Assembly (NCBI GenBank): GCA_965113315.1
Contig: OZ220373.1
Length of the DNA: 64,000 nt
DNA from: Podarcis vaucheri
Taxonomy: Eukaryota
Reading direction: 5' to 3' (one strand)
In this document: positions 14,451 to 28,447 of the stretch, piece after piece
Numbering within the stretch: the stretch's first letter is position 1
Layout of the letters: each line of letters opens with the position of its first letter
Translations under genes and position numbers: made by a program
Notes under the pieces: model-generated
What the model saw: only the letters and a program-made list of their open reading frames with translations
Database searches by the model: none
Told to the model about the DNA's origin: nothing

Positions 14451-15929
14451 CAAAGGCAACCCAAGCGCAACATCCAACACAGATTCCCACGCCAATCCAT
14501 GAGTTCTTGTTCCTTGAAGCAGACCTAAAGTTTGGGTTTGCGGGTGGTGGGTTTCTTTCCCGCCAGCCCCCCAAGGCTTTGTGCCTTATATAAGAGGCCC
14601 AAGGTGTGGGGTCTTTGTTCAAAAACAAATAAATACAGTGGTCATGCTGCTGGTAAGGTGCACACACCTCTCAGTATACCCAAGCTGCCTGGTTTTAATG
14701 CGATTCTGGTGACTGATGCTGACGAAATGGAGGTGGGGGGACAGTTAAGAGGAATTCCCTTAGGTTGCAACCCTACGTTCATTTAACTGGGAGGGAGTCC
14801 CATTAAACTTCTGCGTGAGCCTACTGGCGTTCTATGAGAATAATCCGGAATAGAAAACAGGGCCAGCCCTACCACTAGATAGAGTAAGGAGGGTGACTCA
14901 GGCAGCTGATTCTGGGGTGCCTTGAAAGGACAGTGAATAGGTGTTGTTGTTTTTAATTTATTAGTATAATATTTTTGCTCCCAGCGAGAGGCGTTTGTGC
15001 TAGTTGGCTTTTTGTTTTTCTCGTTGGGTTTGCACCTTGGATTAATTGAGAGGAGATCCATTTGCTGTTCTGCCTGTAATGCCTAATAAAGGTAAGGCGA
15101 AGTGAACTATTCTGCCTCGGGTGGCGAAATGTCTTTGGCCTGTCCTGAAAGTAAATTTCCACTCCTCTGGAACACTGTGTTGTCACGTCTGGACTGAAGC
15201 TCTTATTTCCCTTCCCCGCCCTTTACACTTTGTAAAGGTCTCTGTGTCAGGTGCGGGCAATTTCCCCCTGGTGCAGGTCTTTCCTCCGGGCTGGTGAGTT
15301 TCCCCTGAGTTCTAAAGCCACCCTCAGAGAGAGGGTGGTGCATATGTCTGGTCGTGTGTACTGATCCAAGGACACGCGTGCGCCCCTATTCCCGTGGGCT
15401 CATGGAATCCTAAAGCTGTTAGTCTCCTTCAAATGACTGTCGGAGCAGCTTTCCAAAAACACCCCCCACACACACACACACATCCCCCCCCCAACGTACC
15501 ATTCGTTCTCCGAGTGGAGCCCCTTTTGAAGGTAAAGATTTTCCCAGAGCTTGGAGCTGGTCGCTGCAGATCTCTGTAACAGCTTTCAGTGCATTAATGT
15601 TTTATAGGATCTGAGACGGAGCTGTAAGAACACACACTGCCAAGGGAGCTCTTTCTTAACGTATTAATAAAGCCGGATCTTTAAAAATAACATTCGTGTG
15701 TGTCTCCCCCCCCCGCCCCCCGCCTCACATTCTCCAGTTTCTCCCTCGCCCTCCAAACACATCCAGGATGAGGCAGGATTTTCAATTGGAGGAGTCACTG
15801 GCAGTGTTTTTTCTGTTAATTTGCTGTCTACACTCCCCAGATTTTTTTTTACTTTTTTATTTTGCATTAACAAGATCCTTCAGCCTAACCCGCTTGGGGT
15901 TTTTTAATATTCTAGACGCAGTAGATCCC

Positions 15930-15984
<55 letters not shown>

Positions 15985-18900
15985 CATTTTCTATATGGCG
16001 GGCACTTACAGCTGCATAATAACATTGCCAGCAGCTACAGTCTATGGACTAGTCAGTTTCAATAGGCAGGCTGTAAGAATGCACATTTTGGCTCTTAACT
16101 AGCCAGGACGAGCTCTGAAAAAACCAATGTAACTGCCAAAGCCGGAGGTATCCCTGTTTTTGCCCAGACCGGGTAGGGAAAGGTCACCTCACGGCCCTGA
16201 AGACCAGACAGCCCTTGAAGATTTAGGCCCGGATAGGATTAGGATCATTGCGAAAAGGCCGCAGAAAGTGTCCTCTTCGCATCAGAAGTAAATCTAAGTG
16301 CTGGTATGTTATGCACCCCTGGTGAAACCCGAGTAATGCTTCGTCTTTCCCACCCCGCATTCATTTTCGACCTTCTGGGGAACGATGATATTAAATAATA
16401 TTTGGTAACACAATAATGCCGGGAGCGGAGAAATCCTTCCAGATCTAGACAAGGTGTAGAAAAGGAGGTTGATATTCTGGGTGCATTTTCCTTACTGACG
16501 AGCGCAACAAAGCCTGCCCGTTTCCTTTGGGAAGGGTGTTCACTGTTCAGATGATGCTTGGTGGAGGTTTTCCGTTAGTTTGGCCCAACGATTTAACACG
16601 AATTAGGCTGTATAAAGCGCTAAAGAACTAACTGATGTTGTTGGACCCTAGCCTACATATTATGATGAATCTGTTAGTCAATCTAAGACTAAAAACCAAT
16701 GCTTTCTCACATGGCGTTCTCTCCATTAGACATGCCACCCAGTCACGAATCCGTTGCCCTTCTACAGAAATGGATGCTCTCTTGGGATACGCCTTCGTCT
16801 AGAGCCTGTTTGAGACCAGAATACTATCTGTCTACCGCTTTGTCATGATTCATCTGTTCCTCTTTGCTGCAGTTACAAGACCATCAATAATAATAATAAT
16901 AATAATAATCACAACAACTGGCTAGGTCTCTCCCTCTTTCCCTTGTCTCATATGCACACTCTCTCACATAGGCATCCTAAGCAAACCTCACTCGCTTTTT
17001 GAAAGCGTTAGGCCACAATAAGCCTCGCCTTTTGCCTACTCTCAGGGTGGCTGACCTTTTCTCCCAAATCCCAGTTAAGTCTTTTCTAGTCAATCTAATT
17101 TTGGGGCTTCCTTGGCGATGGAGCTTGAGAATTGCAGAGATCCTAATGTACATAATAATTGTGAAATAATAATAATAATAATAAACAACTAGTTCTGCAA
17201 TGTGGACATGTGGCTGCCTTGAAGTCTTCAGTCGCATTTAACGAGAACAACCCCGCAAAAGCGGAGTCACCCTGGTGTGAGACGGGTTTAGATCTACCAC
17301 TGATGTAAATGGGACTGCACATTTGGTCAGGAATGTTCATATATAAGAGCGGAATGTAGTGGCCTAAAACGATGTACTTGGAAGTGTCTTGTGTGTGGAT
17401 CATCATCGCTCGCCCGGAAAGGAAAAGGGATCTGGCAAGCCAGTTCCACTCCCATCATCTGTGAGTCTTGATTTAAACGTAAGGTGTTTGTGGGTCGACT
17501 TTCTGAAATGACTTCAGCCCAACTGGGCAGACGACAGAGCCCTGACAGTTTTTTGACAAGGGAAGAGGGAATGTGTCTCAGGGCTCCACAGCGCTCTGGT
17601 TCACCTGCCAACGAATAACAGATTTGTTCCTTTTATAAGAATCTAGGAGCCACATGTGGATNNNNNNNNNNNNNNNNNNNNNNNNNNNNNNNNNNNNNNN
17701 NNNNNNNNNNNNNNNNNNNNNNNNNNNNNNNNNNNNNNNNNNNNNNNNNNNNNNNNNNNNNNNNNNNNNNNNNNNNNNNNNNNNNNNNNNNNNNNTTAAC
17801 GTCATGGAAGGGAGGGGGGAACGGTTAATAAATTTATTTCAAACGCAGCTCTCCACGTAAGGATGCTCTGGCAGAGATCGATAATACCGAGAAAGCATTT
17901 TGGTCGAAAGCTTGAGGTTGTGGGCCATTCTCCTTGGGAAAAGGCAACTTGGGTTAACTCCTTTTCGTTCTAGACATCAATAAGAACATAGATCTGAATG
18001 CTTTAATCCGAAGTCACTCTTTTTGGCATAGATCCCTCTCTTTTAAATGTGCATGCGTGCGTGATGTGCAAGTCAAAGGGTTCGTTTTTTGCAAGCAAAA
18101 CGTTCTCGGGGAGAGGGAGAGCTTAATATTTCTTTGAAGTGGTTGCAAAGTGTTGTAGATTCAAGCTGCTTTTAGAACCCTCCGCCAGCCAAAAAAAAAT
18201 TAAAAAGGCAGAGGATGGGGGTCGGACAGAAGTTCCCCCCAGGAATTACGGGTGGCGTGAGAGAGAAAAAGAGAGAGAGATCCCTTCCCCGCCTCGTGAA
18301 TCTTGAGAAAGAGAGGCAGACAAACAGAGAGAAGATAGACCTACACCAGCTCCTCCCTAGTAATGAGAAGACCTTTTGGAGCTAAAGCTTCGGTCCGAAG
18401 CAGTTTTGCCTGAAACTACTAAGTCTCACTGATTTGTGGCGTGAGATTGCGGTGTCCCTTCCCCAGAGTGAAGTCTGAGTAAAAGAGAAGAGGCTTCTCT
18501 GCTGGTTGGGCTTCTAGACGAGGTAGGGGAGACTCAATACCTTTGGAGAAATGGATTCTGTCCCTCTTCCCCCTCCAGTTTACATAAATGGGTGAAATTA
18601 AAAAGAAAGAAAGAAAAGGCAATATCGTCCTGATGCTAGGGAAGAATTTCTTTTTTTTATGAAAAATAATAATACAGTCGGTTCATATTTTCTATTGAGT
18701 TTCTAGCGGGAAAGGCGGGCAGCCAGGCAGGCAGCCAGAACCAGCCCTGATAATTCTGGCAGATTTTCAAGTTTGCCATGTGGCTACTACACCTTTCGAA
18801 ACCTGACAAGTTTTTGTCTTCTTCCTTTTTTTTTTTTAACTAGTCAGTTGGTGCCTTGACGAGGCCTCCCTGCGGGGGTGGGAGGGAGGAATTGGGGAAA

Positions 18901-19204
18901 GATGAGGGCTCACAAGTGGAAACCAATAAAACTCTTGTTTAAAAGGGCTCGCTCAGGATCCACGCCGTTCCGAGGCTCTTTGACTGGGGGAGCCGGAGAG
19001 TTTTATTCCTAAATGAGTTAAAGAGCCATTTACCTCTGTCGTGTTCTATTCATCAAGCCGCGAGCCCTCGAACACGGCGGCTATTTGTTTGCTTACACAA
19101 CCAGCTGGGCGCAATTTCACGTCTGAGATATCTATCTGAAAGCGCCTCTAATTTATTATCCTTACTTGTCAGCGAATCCATTTTCAAAGTTGGGTTGTGT
19201 GGCT

Positions 19205-19248
<44 letters not shown>

Positions 19249-20659
19249 AACCATTGAGGATTCTGGACTTAAAATATGCTCCCTCAGTGCCCTCCTCCCA
19301 ATTCTTTTCTCCCCACCCAGCCAGCACATCACATAGAAGAGTCAGCACAAAACAGCTGAAAAGGAAGGAGAAATTTGCAGAGAAGCTGGAAGGAAGGCAA
19401 GGTGACTCTCTCTTTCTCTCCAGAACTGCCTCTTTTCCGAGCTGCGTCACGTTCTCCGCTCCCCTCTCGCCTTCCACCCACTCTGAGGCTTGGAAGTTGG
19501 CGGAAGCCCCTCCAAGGACTTCAGCCGGACTCTCAGCCTCTTTCACCCCGCTGCCTTCCATGGCAACCCCTTCCCGCGGAGACGGCAATCGCGAGCACTC
19601 CGAATGATCTCTGTTGAGCTCGTTGGGGATGGCTTTGCCAGTCATTCTGTCTACAGCTTTGGGCTTCAAACGCGCACCTAGCGTTGCACCTTTGTCAAGG
19701 TTGCAGAAACAAGTGGAATAAAATGGGCTGGGATTCCCCAGTGGGCCATGATGGCCAAGGACAGCCACCTGTAGAGGGAGCCAAGGGAGATGAACGTGAA
19801 TGGAGAGTAGGACTGGCAGATGAGCTGCCCTGAGGGTCCCCATCCTTTGTCTGATTATGCCGGAGCAATTCGGTGTTGGGTCCAATTTCTGGGTATGGTG
19901 AATTTCACCGGAAGGCCCCGATCTGGTTGGCTGCCATACATTTGAAAATAAGTGTTGCCCGCCTTGCTCAGAAGCACATCCTGCTAAATGCCGTGGGATC
20001 TACTCCCAAGTAAGACTGAGATGCACTGCAGCCCTAAGGACCGACGCATCTTCTAAGATGCATTTTGCCTGTGTGTGATGGGGGGAGATGGCTGGTCTCT
20101 TCTCTCCCCACCCCAACCCCCCTCAAGTGGTTTGCATTAGAATCACAAAGCCATAACATGGAAAGGAGCAAATCGGTTTATACATATAATTGCAAGGAAA
20201 GAAAGCAATTAACAGAGAGGACAGTGGGAAATTAGATCTCCTCCCCACCCCCATTACAAAAAAGGGATAGCGTTGAGCAGCCTTTAAGCAGCCCAGCCAA
20301 GCTGACAAGCGAATCCCTGGAAGAAACAGCAAGCGGGGTTGCACAATCGTGTATCTACAACCTCTCGGCTGCAGAGCCCACCATCAAGCTTCAAACAGAG
20401 AATCCCGTTGAAAACTACGGGGTGTAAAACGGGCCCCGGTTGTTGTGGAAAGCGGAGGAGAGGGCAAGAGGCAGAGCGAACTTCTTGAAGGCAGAGCAGC
20501 TTGGCTGCTGGGAGATATCCTTGTGTGTTGATTTAGGAAGACATTTGCTGTATATAACGTTTAAGGCTGATAATATCATTGCTCGGGCAGATAAATAAAG
20601 CACTGGCCAAACCGTGGGGTCAGCTATCGATCCCTCTGTTTAGAGAAGGAGGTAGGAAC

Positions 20660-20703
<44 letters not shown>

Positions 20704-21121
20704 TTCTTTCTCCCCCCCCCCCTCTCTCTGTGTGTCAGAGCAAAAAAAGACCGAAGCTCGGATAGCTATGGAGGAGTGAACAATTACAACATGGTAATTT
20801 GTGATTCGGTCTCGCCGGTGGAGCCCAAAGTGCCACCCTGTCTGGAACAGTCATAACCAGTTAGAGGAAAACCCTTGGGATTCCAGCCGACGCGAGCCGT
20901 TTGGTGGAGTGGCACTCAGACTGCTTCCACGCAAACCTTTCCCATGTCACCCCAGGGGGAGAGGAACGAGGAATAAAGCCTGAGTAGCATTGTATGTGCG
21001 CATGTTGTGTATGTTTAAGGATTGTGTTCTTGAGTACATAAAGATCCAGGGATGGGTGTGTAGCTGGTGGACGTGAGTGCAAAAAACCAAGCAAGTGCCC
21101 TGGGAGTGAGAGCGAAACAAC

Positions 21122-21167
<46 letters not shown>

Positions 21168-23279
21168 GTGACTATGCGAGAGATCTGCAGCCTTCAGCCC
21201 CTCTGCAATGGCTGGCTGATTAGCATTCCTCGTCTGCCCCTGGACCTGAGCTGACAACTAACAGAGATATCCAGCTCACCACTAGGCCTCCTCTCCTTTT
21301 GTCTTCAGCTGTCTAGGAGAGAAACAGGCTTCTCCGCGGGCCCCGCACACACTAAACGGCCCCCTGATCCTGGGGCTGCCGAGGATCCCACCCAGTCCAG
21401 TCAAATCGCCCCAGCATCAGACCCGCCCCCGCTCCTTCGCCTCCCCGCTTGCGCCAGCTTCCCCCGCCTCTGCCCAGCCTGCGCCTGCTTTCCAGATCTG
21501 CGCCAAAGGCTGGGAAAGTTAACTTGCTGCGACTTTCCTGACGCGTATGCGGCCCGAGAGGACGTCTCCGCATCGCACACCGGCCTTTCTCCCCCTCTGT
21601 CTCTCTTTTTGAAGCTTTTAATGTGATCTCTTTCCAAGAGAGGAAAGAGGAGGATCTTATTCTTTCGCTGCAAGATAAAACCTTATTGTTAAGAAGGTTG
21701 CGGTGGGCTGGGGGCTGGGGGGGGGGGGCAACAGCAGCTCATGTCACTGGTGTTTCTTTTGGCCTTTGTCGCTGTGCCATTGAGACACGTTTATATCCCC
21801 CCCATCTCGAAACGGTTTATAAAGAGCTAAGAAAGGGGAGCGGCTGAGAGGAGGACGGTGGCCTAGGGGGGAGAGGGGAGAGGGGGCTTTAATCCGAAGG
21901 CCAGAAAGACCTTTCAGGTCAAACTTCCCCGTTTGGTTTGGTCTTAGATCCATTTTAGGAACTTTCTAGGATTAAACACTCACATAAAAGCGGGGTGGGA
22001 GGGGTAGGGGGCGGGAGGTTAGAGACAAAGATCCCTGCATCGACCAACACAGACCCTCACAAAACTAGTCAGTTTCTCCTCGCAGCAAAAGCTTACAAAT
22101 TAGCTCATGTTGACAGATGTTTGTCACTTAGTAACTTCTCTCCCAGTCCCCCCCCCCCGCACTATTTCCCCTCTTCTCTCGCTCTCTCGCCCCCCCCCCC
22201 CAATCCCTTCTTTGGGGGCTCGCTTTGTTGTTTTTAAAATATGCAGGCCTCTCAGGAATGCCAGTCACGAGTCCAAACTTTGTGTCCAGCCTCCCTCGCG
22301 AAATGACCCTTTTATAGGGATCCCGATATGTCTCAATCTGCACTTCGCTCCGAGGCCGGGCTCCCTGCTCCCAAGCGCGGCAGCAGAAGCGCGCGGCTAC
22401 CTCAGCAGGGAGGCCAGCAGAGGAAGACGCTCTCCAGGGGATGGGATGGGACTGCAGCCCTCCTTCTTGCAGAAGGTGCCGAAGGACAGCGGAGCCTGGG
22501 AAAAAGAAGGGAGGGGGCAGGGAGAGAGAGGGCAAATGAAGGAGAGAGAAAGTTTTATTTCTCTTCTGATCGCTATGATTGGCCTATGACAACCCGAGCA
22601 ATCCTTTGCAGCCCAGGCTGAGTGGCCTGGGGAGGCTGTGCTTGGAGAAAGGAAGAGAAGAAGGAACAGCCGAAGGAAAGGCTCCGCTTTCAAAGTAAGT
22701 GGTTAATGGGATACTGATCAGGGGTGGCTGGGGCGGGTGGGGGGTCCTGGCTGTGAGCGATTTGAGAGCCAGCTAAGGCCCCACACCCTCAGCTCAGAGG
22801 GATGCTTTGCAAGACGGAGGAGGGCCAAGTGGGGAAGGAGGCGGGTCTGACACCAGCGACCCTTCTGACAGAAATATGGGGCCAAAGGAAGGCGCTGAGG
22901 GTGAGAGATGCGGTGACAAGTCAGATGAGAACCCTCCTGTGCGCAAGAGAGAGGGGGAGAGAGATGCAGGTCATCTGCTACAGGTCTCTGCGTGGGTCAG
23001 GTTCACCCGGAAGGGTTTGTTTAATACATTTTCTCCCCCCCCCCATCCCCACCACCTGTTTTCCCTCCTTTTTGCCGCGTGCTCTTAAATCGAGCCAAGC
23101 ATTGCAGTGGGGGGGGGGGTAATAGATATCCCAGCTTAAACAAGGATGGAGGAAACGGAGAGATAAGCGCAAAGGGCTAATTTCCGATTATTATTATTGA
23201 GTTGTTACTCTTGCTGCTGCTGTCCCAAGCAAAACTTCCCAACTGTAGAGCCCAGCAGGCAAGAAGCTTCTCTCTCTGC

Positions 23280-23640
23280 CTCCCCCGCGCCCTCCCCCGC
23301 GCTCCCGGTTCCTCTCCTGCGCGATGGGGAGTGACGTCACCCGGGCCCCGACCTATCCGCTCCGCGACCAAGGGAAGGGGGTGGAGCTCTTCCCTGCTCG
23401 CTCCTGCGCTTGGGACCACCTCCCAGCAGCAGGAGGCGAAGCGGCGCTTGGCGCGCGTGGAGAGGGTCCTCGGGCTGCTCCGGGGCGACTTGCTTGCTTG
23501 GCGGGTCCCGAGATCACCAGCCACAGACCATCGTCCAAGTTTAGCTATAGGCCGGGGAGCCAAAGGGAGGGGGGAGCCTGCAGGCCCCGTGCGCTTCTAG
23601 GAAGCTGCGGATGGCTCCGTTCTCTGCCGTCTCCACCGCT
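23280..23640. promoter_or_regulatory. Intergenic CpG island with a full CRE
   Basis: Palindrome GTGACGTCAC at 23331-23340 (TGACGTCA), preceded by two CCCCCGCGC boxes, in a CpG-dense segment. Confidence 0.5.
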
Positions 23641-26600
23641 TCTCTTGAGCACCAGATGGCTTGCCATTGTGTTGCCCCAGCCGGCGAGATCCTGCATTTA
23701 AAAAGGAAAAAAAAAGAGGGGAGCGGGGAGGAAAAGGACAGAGAGAGAGAGAGAGAGAGAGAGAGTCCTGTTATTTTTTTAACAATCACACCAGACTTTT
23801 GACTACCATTTTGACAGACGACCATGGTTCCCCCCCCCCCCCAGTTTTGAACCATAAAGAGACATATATATTTAAAACCAACTCTGGCCACAGTTTCTTA
23901 AGGGAGGCACCGTGGCCCTTTCTCATAGCTCCTTCCACATGGGGTGTGGGGATATGATATGTCGGACAAGGAATCTGGATGCGTCCCCGGATGCGTCCCC
24001 GGGGATCTAAGGGTGCAGTCCTAACCTTTCCAAGCCGCAGGGAACTTGGACCGGTGGGAATTAACTTCAGTAGGAGGCGAACTGGCTGGCTAGAGAGCCC
24101 CCGCCTTCCCTCCCCTCCCGGCCCGCCCCTCCTCCGCGGACTCCAATGGCATTTATTTCTCACTCAGGATTATCGCCTAATAGTCAGAAGCACAGACGTG
24201 CGCATAAAAAAAAAATCCAGGCATGTTTATTCATTCTATTTGATCAATCTCTGGGTGTCTGTTTATTAAACTTCCACCGATTTTACGTTTGGTATTTCCT
24301 GATGGCAAACATTGTCGAATGATAAATATTGCATACAGTTAATTGTGATGCCAGGGAAAGCTCGGCTCCGGGTTTGTGTGGCGGTGCCGTCGCTGTCTCA
24401 AGCCCTCCCATGTCTTCTGCTCCCCGTGTAACTCGGGGCAAACAAGAACCTTTCTCAAACATATTAGTTAATGGGGCGAAAAGAGGAGCGGGGGAGGGAG
24501 CGAGAAAACGATGGGAACCCTCAGACTTGATCCCTCAGCTTGGAAGGGAAGGGAGGCTGCCTGGAGAGAATGGGGATGTGAAAACAGCTAAAAGGAGGGG
24601 TGCTCTGAAGTAAAGCATTTCTTGTCCAGGAATCTCTTCCATTGGTTTTTTGGGGGAGGTATCCCTCCCCCTAAAACAGGGGGGAGTGTCCTAGAACACT
24701 GTTTTCTCTGTGTCTGTGGGGAGCTGGCAATCATATTTGGCACCTCCTCTTATTTTATTATTATTTTTTACTTATTTCACTGAAAATACACGCCTGTTTG
24801 GCCAGGCCCCCAGAAAGGCTCTTTCTATCTTGAAAAATATCCACAGGCCGTTTCTTTTTCCGGCGCGGCTGCAGGTGTGTTCTCTTCCTGCATCCATCCC
24901 CAAGTCCCCAAAACCCTTTCCCCCTCCTCCCATTTGTATTGCAACTCTTTCCCTAATTTAATTTTGTTGTTGTTACGGAAAAAAAGGGAAAGAAACCCAG
25001 ATGTGTGTGGGGTTTTTATGGCTCGAGTCTCGTCTCGGCTGGTGCTGCGAAGGCTCTAATGCGCCCGGGCTACTAGTCACTGAGCAAAGCGCAGGGCGCC
25101 GTTGGCTCCTTTCCAACAGAGTTGGTCATAAAACAAGATGTGGGGAGAAGGGAGGGTGGAATTAACATCTGCTTTTCTAAACTCAAATATGTCAAGGAGC
25201 TTTTTTATTATGATGATCATGAATGCTTTCCTCATTTGAAGAAGAAATATGTAGAGATAAACTGACATCCACATGTATAGAGTATTTATAATGGTGTTAG
25301 GATTTAAAGGTAGCTATTCATTGCATAAGCCATTTAGAACTGACGTTTTAAAAGCTACTTAACCTCAGACATCCTTGAATCTTAGCGAAGGATTCCAAAC
25401 GATATTATTTAAAGAGGAATTTGCTGTAATTTAATTGCATATCAAGGCGGAACGAGGCGCGAGCTTTGCACCTTCTGCGCTGTTTAATAGCGTTTTAACT
25501 GGCGTTTTATTCACCCACATTCTCGGCTGCCCTCGCCTTTCCTTGGGAAGGGGCCGCTAGAAAGCGGGTCCCAAGTTAGTGCTCTGTGTGTGTGCGCGCG
25601 CGCGCGCGTGTTTGTTCACCATTTGCAACGGGCAGTCATCTTTGCGCCTGGAGCTTCGCCCTCTTAGGGGACACAGTTAGTACCTCGGTTCATTAGTGCC
25701 TATTTATTATTGCTGCAAAGAGAAAATAACATGTCGGATTCTGTGGGTGAATCGACCGTTTGCCCCCACCCTCAGATCGTTCCTCTCACCTTTCCCCCCC
25801 AAACCTGCCCACAATTCGGTCATGCCGGCATTTATTCAATCTACTATCCATTCGAATTTCCGGAGGCCCAGGGCGCCTGACATCCCAGTCCGATGCCCTT
25901 TTATTTACATTTCTCACAAATCCCTGAGTTAAGTCAGAGGTGTCTCTGAGTGGGGTGGGAAATCAGCTGGCAGGGAACTACTGCGGCTTAATCTGGGCGA
26001 GGATCGAGCGGGGGGGGCTGACCTTCTCTCAATAGTACCTCGGAGGGCAGAGAGAGAGAGAAACAGGCCCCTGGCTTATTGGCGGCGGTAGTGTAAGGCA
26101 TGCACTCTCAACCCGGTTATGTATTTCTCTCCACCCGCTTGGGAAGAACGTGTGCATTTGGATGGGAGATGGCTGGGATGAGGAGGCAGCTGGTGTCGCG
26201 CATCATGCCAGAGCAGTACCGCGGGTGCCCTTGCAAAATGGCTCTCCCTTGAATACAGGCCGCCTGTGCACGGTTCCTGGGGATTAAGCCTCATGAAATT
26301 TGAGGCGGGCGGGCGGGCGGGCTTGCTTGTGAGTAAAGGAGGGCAGCAGTAGAGATCTCGCCTTGAACCATTTCTCCGTTTGCCTGGTGGAGTGGCTACT
26401 CCAACTCTAAAAATATCCCCAGCACACGCGCGCACACACGTATGGCAGCAGCTAGTTCGTAGTCTTTGCTGGCTGCTATGAAGCTGGTTGAGAGCCCCTG
26501 AGCCATCTGTAGCCCGAGCCTCCTCGAAGAGGAATCCAGGCCTTTGGACTTGAAGAGGGCTTAATTCCCTCTGGTTCACCACTGTGGCATAACTGGGTAG

Positions 26601-27644
26601 ATAAAAAAAGGGGGGGGGAGAGAAAAGATCCATCCTAATTCGAATCCATAGAACTTCGGTTCGATTTGAAAACGTCTCCATGCAATTTTCTAATCCACAA
26701 ATAGGTATACTGGGGCATTCCAGCCTTTCTTTAGGACGCCAGGTTGAATTAAGAAAAACCATCCCACTCCCCAAAAGACTAATTCATCACCAAACCTAGA
26801 CCCTCCATTTCTTTAGGGCATGGCTCCAGTGGGGGGTGGGGGTGCCCAGGGGGCCTCACGGCTCTCCAGGAGCCCCGGGGTCTATCCCGTCGGAGACCAG
26901 GGGACGTAGCCCGGCTTATGATCTCCCACTGAAGGCAGCGGCGACGGCCTGAGCCTAGCTGGACGGGGATCTTGTGCCCTGAAGGGAGGGGGGCATGGGG
27001 GGAGCAGGGAGTGGGGAGAAAGGCTGTCGATCTGTGAGGGCAGAGGAGAGAGATTAAAGAAATGGCCCTTAGTTCTCTGAGTGACACGGCCCCATTCAAA
27101 GGGCAAGCAGAAAGAAATGCTGCTAATATGAATAGAGGGATGCTCAAGAGCCTTGCCCCCTTTTCTTCTTTGGCTCCACTTCGGGTCGGATCCTGGGTGC
27201 ATTCTTAGAGCCGTGTATACGCTATCTGGGCACACGCACGCGCGTATGGGGAAAAAGGTCTTATCGATTCGAGATCGATATTGATTCGAGATCGATTTAG
27301 ACCGATGTAGCTGATTGACCCTACTACCCTCTTTCTGGCTCGGTAAGAGATTCTTCCAAATAAACGCTTTGTGTTTCTTTCGCCGGTCTGGACAACAAGT
27401 GGGAAAGGCGGGTGGAGCGGCTCTCGGAGCCCGGGGGGTCTGGCCTGAAAGGTAGTGCATTTATGGGAGACTCTCTACAAAGAATTGCTCCGACTGATGA
27501 GGATAGCAACCCCCACCCTTCCTTACACCTTCACTTTCGCCTTGCAAAGGGACAGTCCTCAGTTGACATCTCCAAAGTGATTATTAGACGCCTCTGTGAT
27601 AAATCAGGTTGGGGGGGGAGTAAGGGAGTCGGAATAAGGCCAGG

Positions 27645-27646
<2 letters not shown>

Positions 27647-27691
<45 letters not shown>
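27647..27691. repeat. (CA)n microsatellite; another at ~31642-31683
   Basis: Seen directly. Confidence 0.95.
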
Positions 27692-27693
<2 letters not shown>

Positions 27694-28396
27694 GTCTGGC
27701 TAACGCTGTATGACTGCCCGATAGCCCTTTTCAATTTTTCCACCAACACCCCTGAAATAGCACATTGCCTCAGCAACCTCTCTTGTTTGTCTCTCTCTGT
27801 GTGTGCTCAAAAAAATTCTTTAAAATTCCTGTCCACGGATTTCCCTCTCCTGCCTCTCTTTCTCATCCCCTCTAGCTTCATCCCCACCCCACCCCAAAGA
27901 GCCTCGGAGCCCTTCTTCCCTGATAAGTTGTAAGAACTTTGCTTTCAAGAGTGTGAAATGAAGAACACAGACAGTATATCAGTGAAAAGAATAAAGTGGC
28001 CTTTTAATGAGAACTAAAGACAACAAAAACGTAGATGAAGTGTACCGTAAAGACTGTTTCAAAGTGCAGCTCAATCCCCTGAGAGCAACCATCCCATAGG
28101 CTGGGTAATTGGGACTTTACTGCGCAGAGGTAAGTCAGAGTGGTAGGATTATTTTTTATTTTGCTTTGTTTGTTTTGTTGTATTATATTTTTGCTTCTCA
28201 GTAATGGATCTGTTGCAAAAGAGTTTGTGCAAAGAGCATCAGGCCTTCTAGCAGATGAAGGGAGCTTTGTGTTTCTTAAAACAAATCACTCGAACATTCT
28301 AATTTGTGAAAATTAGTATTTTCCTGCTCTTCCGCCCTGCTCCCTTTTCCCAAAGCCCGGGACCTGCGAGGTGCGCCTATATTTCTTCAAGTCAGC

Positions 28397-28447
<51 letters not shown>
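28397..28447. repeat. (CTTT)n microsatellite
   Basis: Seen directly. Confidence 0.95.

Noticed and set aside
19184-19885. 233-aa minus-strand ORF
   Set aside because: Non-ATG start, includes a (CT)n translation, no recognisable homology.
21905-21925. AGACCTttcAGGTCA as a COUP-TF autoregulatory element
   Set aside because: A single imperfect half-site pair is expected by chance in 64 kb.
26076-27933. ORFs of 232, 192 and 173 aa
   Set aside because: No domain similarity or convincing splice signals; one includes a (CA)n tract.
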